The position numbers and the translations under genes were made by a program. The notes under the pieces were generated by a model that was not told where the DNA came from, did not search any database, and saw only the letters and a program-made list of their open reading frames with translations. From a bacterium (GTDB lineage: Bacteria; Bacillota; Clostridia; TANB77; RGIG9151), in assembly GCA_963635575.1 (NCBI GenBank), contig CAVHFU010000026.1, positions 1 to 20,095 on the forward strand: a stretch of DNA of 20,095 bases, written 5' to 3'. Every line of letters begins with the position of its first letter. The first letter of the stretch is position 1. Shown one piece after another: positions 18,349 through 20,095 of the stretch.

Positions 18349-18377
18349 TTGCGTACTTATCGTACTTGGTGTATAAT
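18349..18377 (+). promoter_or_regulatory. Candidate sigma-A promoter of the transposase gene
   Basis: TTGCGT (18349-54), a 17-nt spacer, then TATAAT (18372-77) with TG immediately upstream. GGAGGA (18388-93) follows, 7 nt before ATG 18401. Confidence 0.55.
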
Positions 18378-18400
18378 ATCTCTGTACGGAGGAAAAAGAT

Positions 18401-20095
18401 ATGAGATTAAAAATTACAAAAACAAATTCAGATACAAATTACTACATCATAAAAGATGTTACTAAGAACGGAAAAAGGACTACTCAAATATATGAAAAAC
18501 TCGGAAACATTAAGTGCATTTCTGAACGTGCTAATGGCGAATCACCTTTAGAGTGGCTTAATAAATACATAGAGAGTCTAAATAATGAACTGAAAAAAGG
18601 TAATGAAAATGTTGTAATAAAAAAATCAACTTCTTCATTATTGGAAAAAAATGTGCAAAATTCTTTTAATATTGGTTATGTGTTTTTACAAAAAATTTAC
18701 AATGCATTAAAACTAAATGAAATTTGTAAAAATATTTCTCAAAAATATAAATTTGAATATGACTTAAACTCAATTCTTTCAAGATTAATATATACAAGGA
18801 TTTTAGAACCTTCTTCCAAACTTTCTTCTTTTGAATCTTCTAAAAATTTTTTAGAACAACCTAATTTTGGACTCCATCATATTTACAGAGCTTTAGAAGT
18901 TATTGCTAAGGAAACTGAAAATATTGAAGCTGAGGTCTACAAAAATAGTTTAGATTTGGTTAAACGTAATTCTAAAATTTTGTATTATGACTGTACTAAT
19001 TATTTCTTTGAAACAGAACAACCCGAAGGAATTAAGCAGTATGGGGTATCTAAAGAACATAGACCTAATCCAATTGTTCAAATGGGCTTATTTATGGATG
19101 GAAATGGATTTCCTCTCGCTTTTTCAATAAACTCAGGAAATACAAATGAACAAATTACATTGAAACCTTTAGAACAAAGAATAATTAAAGACTTTGGATT
19201 ATCTAAATTTGTTGTCTGTACTGATGCTGATTTAGCTTCTAATGAAAATAGAATTTTTAACAATATGCAAAATCGTTCCTTTATTGTTACTCAGTCGCTT
19301 AAGAAAATTAAAGGTCACCTAAAAGAGTGGGCTCTTTCTCCTGAGGGATGGAGGAAAAATAATTCTAAAAAAGTTATAAATTTAGAAAACATAGACATCA
19401 TGTCTAATAATGATGATGTATATTACAAAGAACGTTGGATTAAAGAAAATGGCTTAGAACAAAGGTTAATAATTTCTTACTCACCTAAATATGCCGCCTA
19501 CCAAAAAGCCATTAGGAATTCTCAAATTTTAAGAGCACAAGAATTAATAAATAACCCTTCTAAAATTTCAAAAAGTAGACAAAACGATCCTAAACGTTTT
19601 GTTACTTCTAAAAGTATTACTGCTGATGGTGAAATTACTGAAAAAAGAGTTGTTTCCTTAAATGAAACTGCCATTAAAGATGAAGAAATGTTTGATGGCT
19701 TTTATGCTGTTTGTACCACCCTTGAAGATGACATTAGTGAAATTATTAAAGTAAATAAACGCAGGTGGGAAATTGAAGAATCTTTTAGAATCCTAAAATC
19801 TGAATTTAAGGCTAGACCTGTTTACTTAAAAAATGATGACAGAATAAAGGCTCATTTTACTATTTGTTTCCTTTCGCTAGTTGTTTACAGAATTTTAGAA
19901 AGCAAGTTAGAGAATCAATATACTAGCCATGAAATTATATCGAGCCTAAGAAATATGAATTTATTAAAAGAACAAACATCATATATTCCAACTTATACAA
20001 GAACTGATATAACAGATTTATTACATGATAAATTTGGGTTTAGAACTGATTATGAAATACTAAACAAGAAATATATTCAAAAAATATTAAAATAA
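18401..20095 (+). CDS. IS1634-family (IS4-related) DDE transposase
   Basis: 564 aa, uninterrupted. The N-terminus is of the type (M.LK.TK.....Y..I......GK......LG) typical of IS1634-like transposases. DDE candidates are YYDCTNYFFE, VVCTDADLAS and RRWEIEESFRILKSEFK (the Y-R-E-K block). The stop codon is the last triplet of the window. Confidence 0.88.
   Translation: MRLKITKTNSDTNYYIIKDVTKNGKRTTQIYEKLGNIKCISERANGESPLEWLNKYIESLNNELKKGNENVVIKKSTSSLLEKNVQNSFNIGYVFLQKIYNALKLNEICKNISQKYKFEYDLNSILSRLIYTRILEPSSKLSSFESSKNFLEQPNFGLHHIYRALEVIAKETENIEAEVYKNSLDLVKRNSKILYYDCTNYFFETEQPEGIKQYGVSKEHRPNPIVQMGLFMDGNGFPLAFSINSGNTNEQITLKPLEQRIIKDFGLSKFVVCTDADLASNENRIFNNMQNRSFIVTQSLKKIKGHLKEWALSPEGWRKNNSKKVINLENIDIMSNNDDVYYKERWIKENGLEQRLIISYSPKYAAYQKAIRNSQILRAQELINNPSKISKSRQNDPKRFVTSKSITADGEITEKRVVSLNETAIKDEEMFDGFYAVCTTLEDDISEIIKVNKRRWEIEESFRILKSEFKARPVYLKNDDRIKAHFTICFLSLVVYRILESKLENQYTSHEIISSLRNMNLLKEQTSYIPTYTRTDITDLLHDKFGFRTDYEILNKKYIQKILK

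Larger units (their letters stand above)
18258..20095 (+). mobile_element. IS1634-family insertion sequence, right end outside the window and left boundary uncertain
   Basis: It contains the transposase with its own promoter and SD. The left end is provisionally placed at TTTAGGACGG (18258-18267), based only on recurrence of that motif at 361-368 and 514-523. It cannot be confirmed without the right inverted repeat. Confidence 0.4.

Overview
Low-GC, AT-rich Bacillota-type (Clostridia/Tissierellia-like) chromosomal segment; the taxon is inferred from composition and protein similarity only. From 18182 down to 520, fifteen genes lie on the minus strand with gaps of 68 nt or less, or short overlaps: ispG, coaD-like, ligA, an MGDG-synthase-family glycosyltransferase, gatC, gatA, gatB, miaB, an unrecognisable 594-aa HExxH protein, mutS, DUF1653, a PAP2 phosphatase, a 97-aa orphan, a frameshifted yhcG-like PD-(D/E)xK nuclease gene, rbgA and rnhB. 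The right edge carries an intact IS1634-family transposase on the plus strand, with the IS right end outside the window. The left edge has a small, probably 5'-partial plus-strand ORF that converges on rnhB across a highly structured 175-nt spacer. I found no rRNA, tRNA or CRISPR array. Most worth following up: (1) the orphan HExxH protein wedged between miaB and mutS; (2) the non-core islet after mutS where mutL usually sits, including the yhcG-like gene broken by a 1-nt homopolymer deletion; (3) the structured region between the rnhB stop and a bidirectional terminator, whose ends resemble the putative IS terminus; (4) the IS insertion and inverted repeat directly upstream of ispG. All functional calls rest on motif and family recognition by eye; no database search was run.
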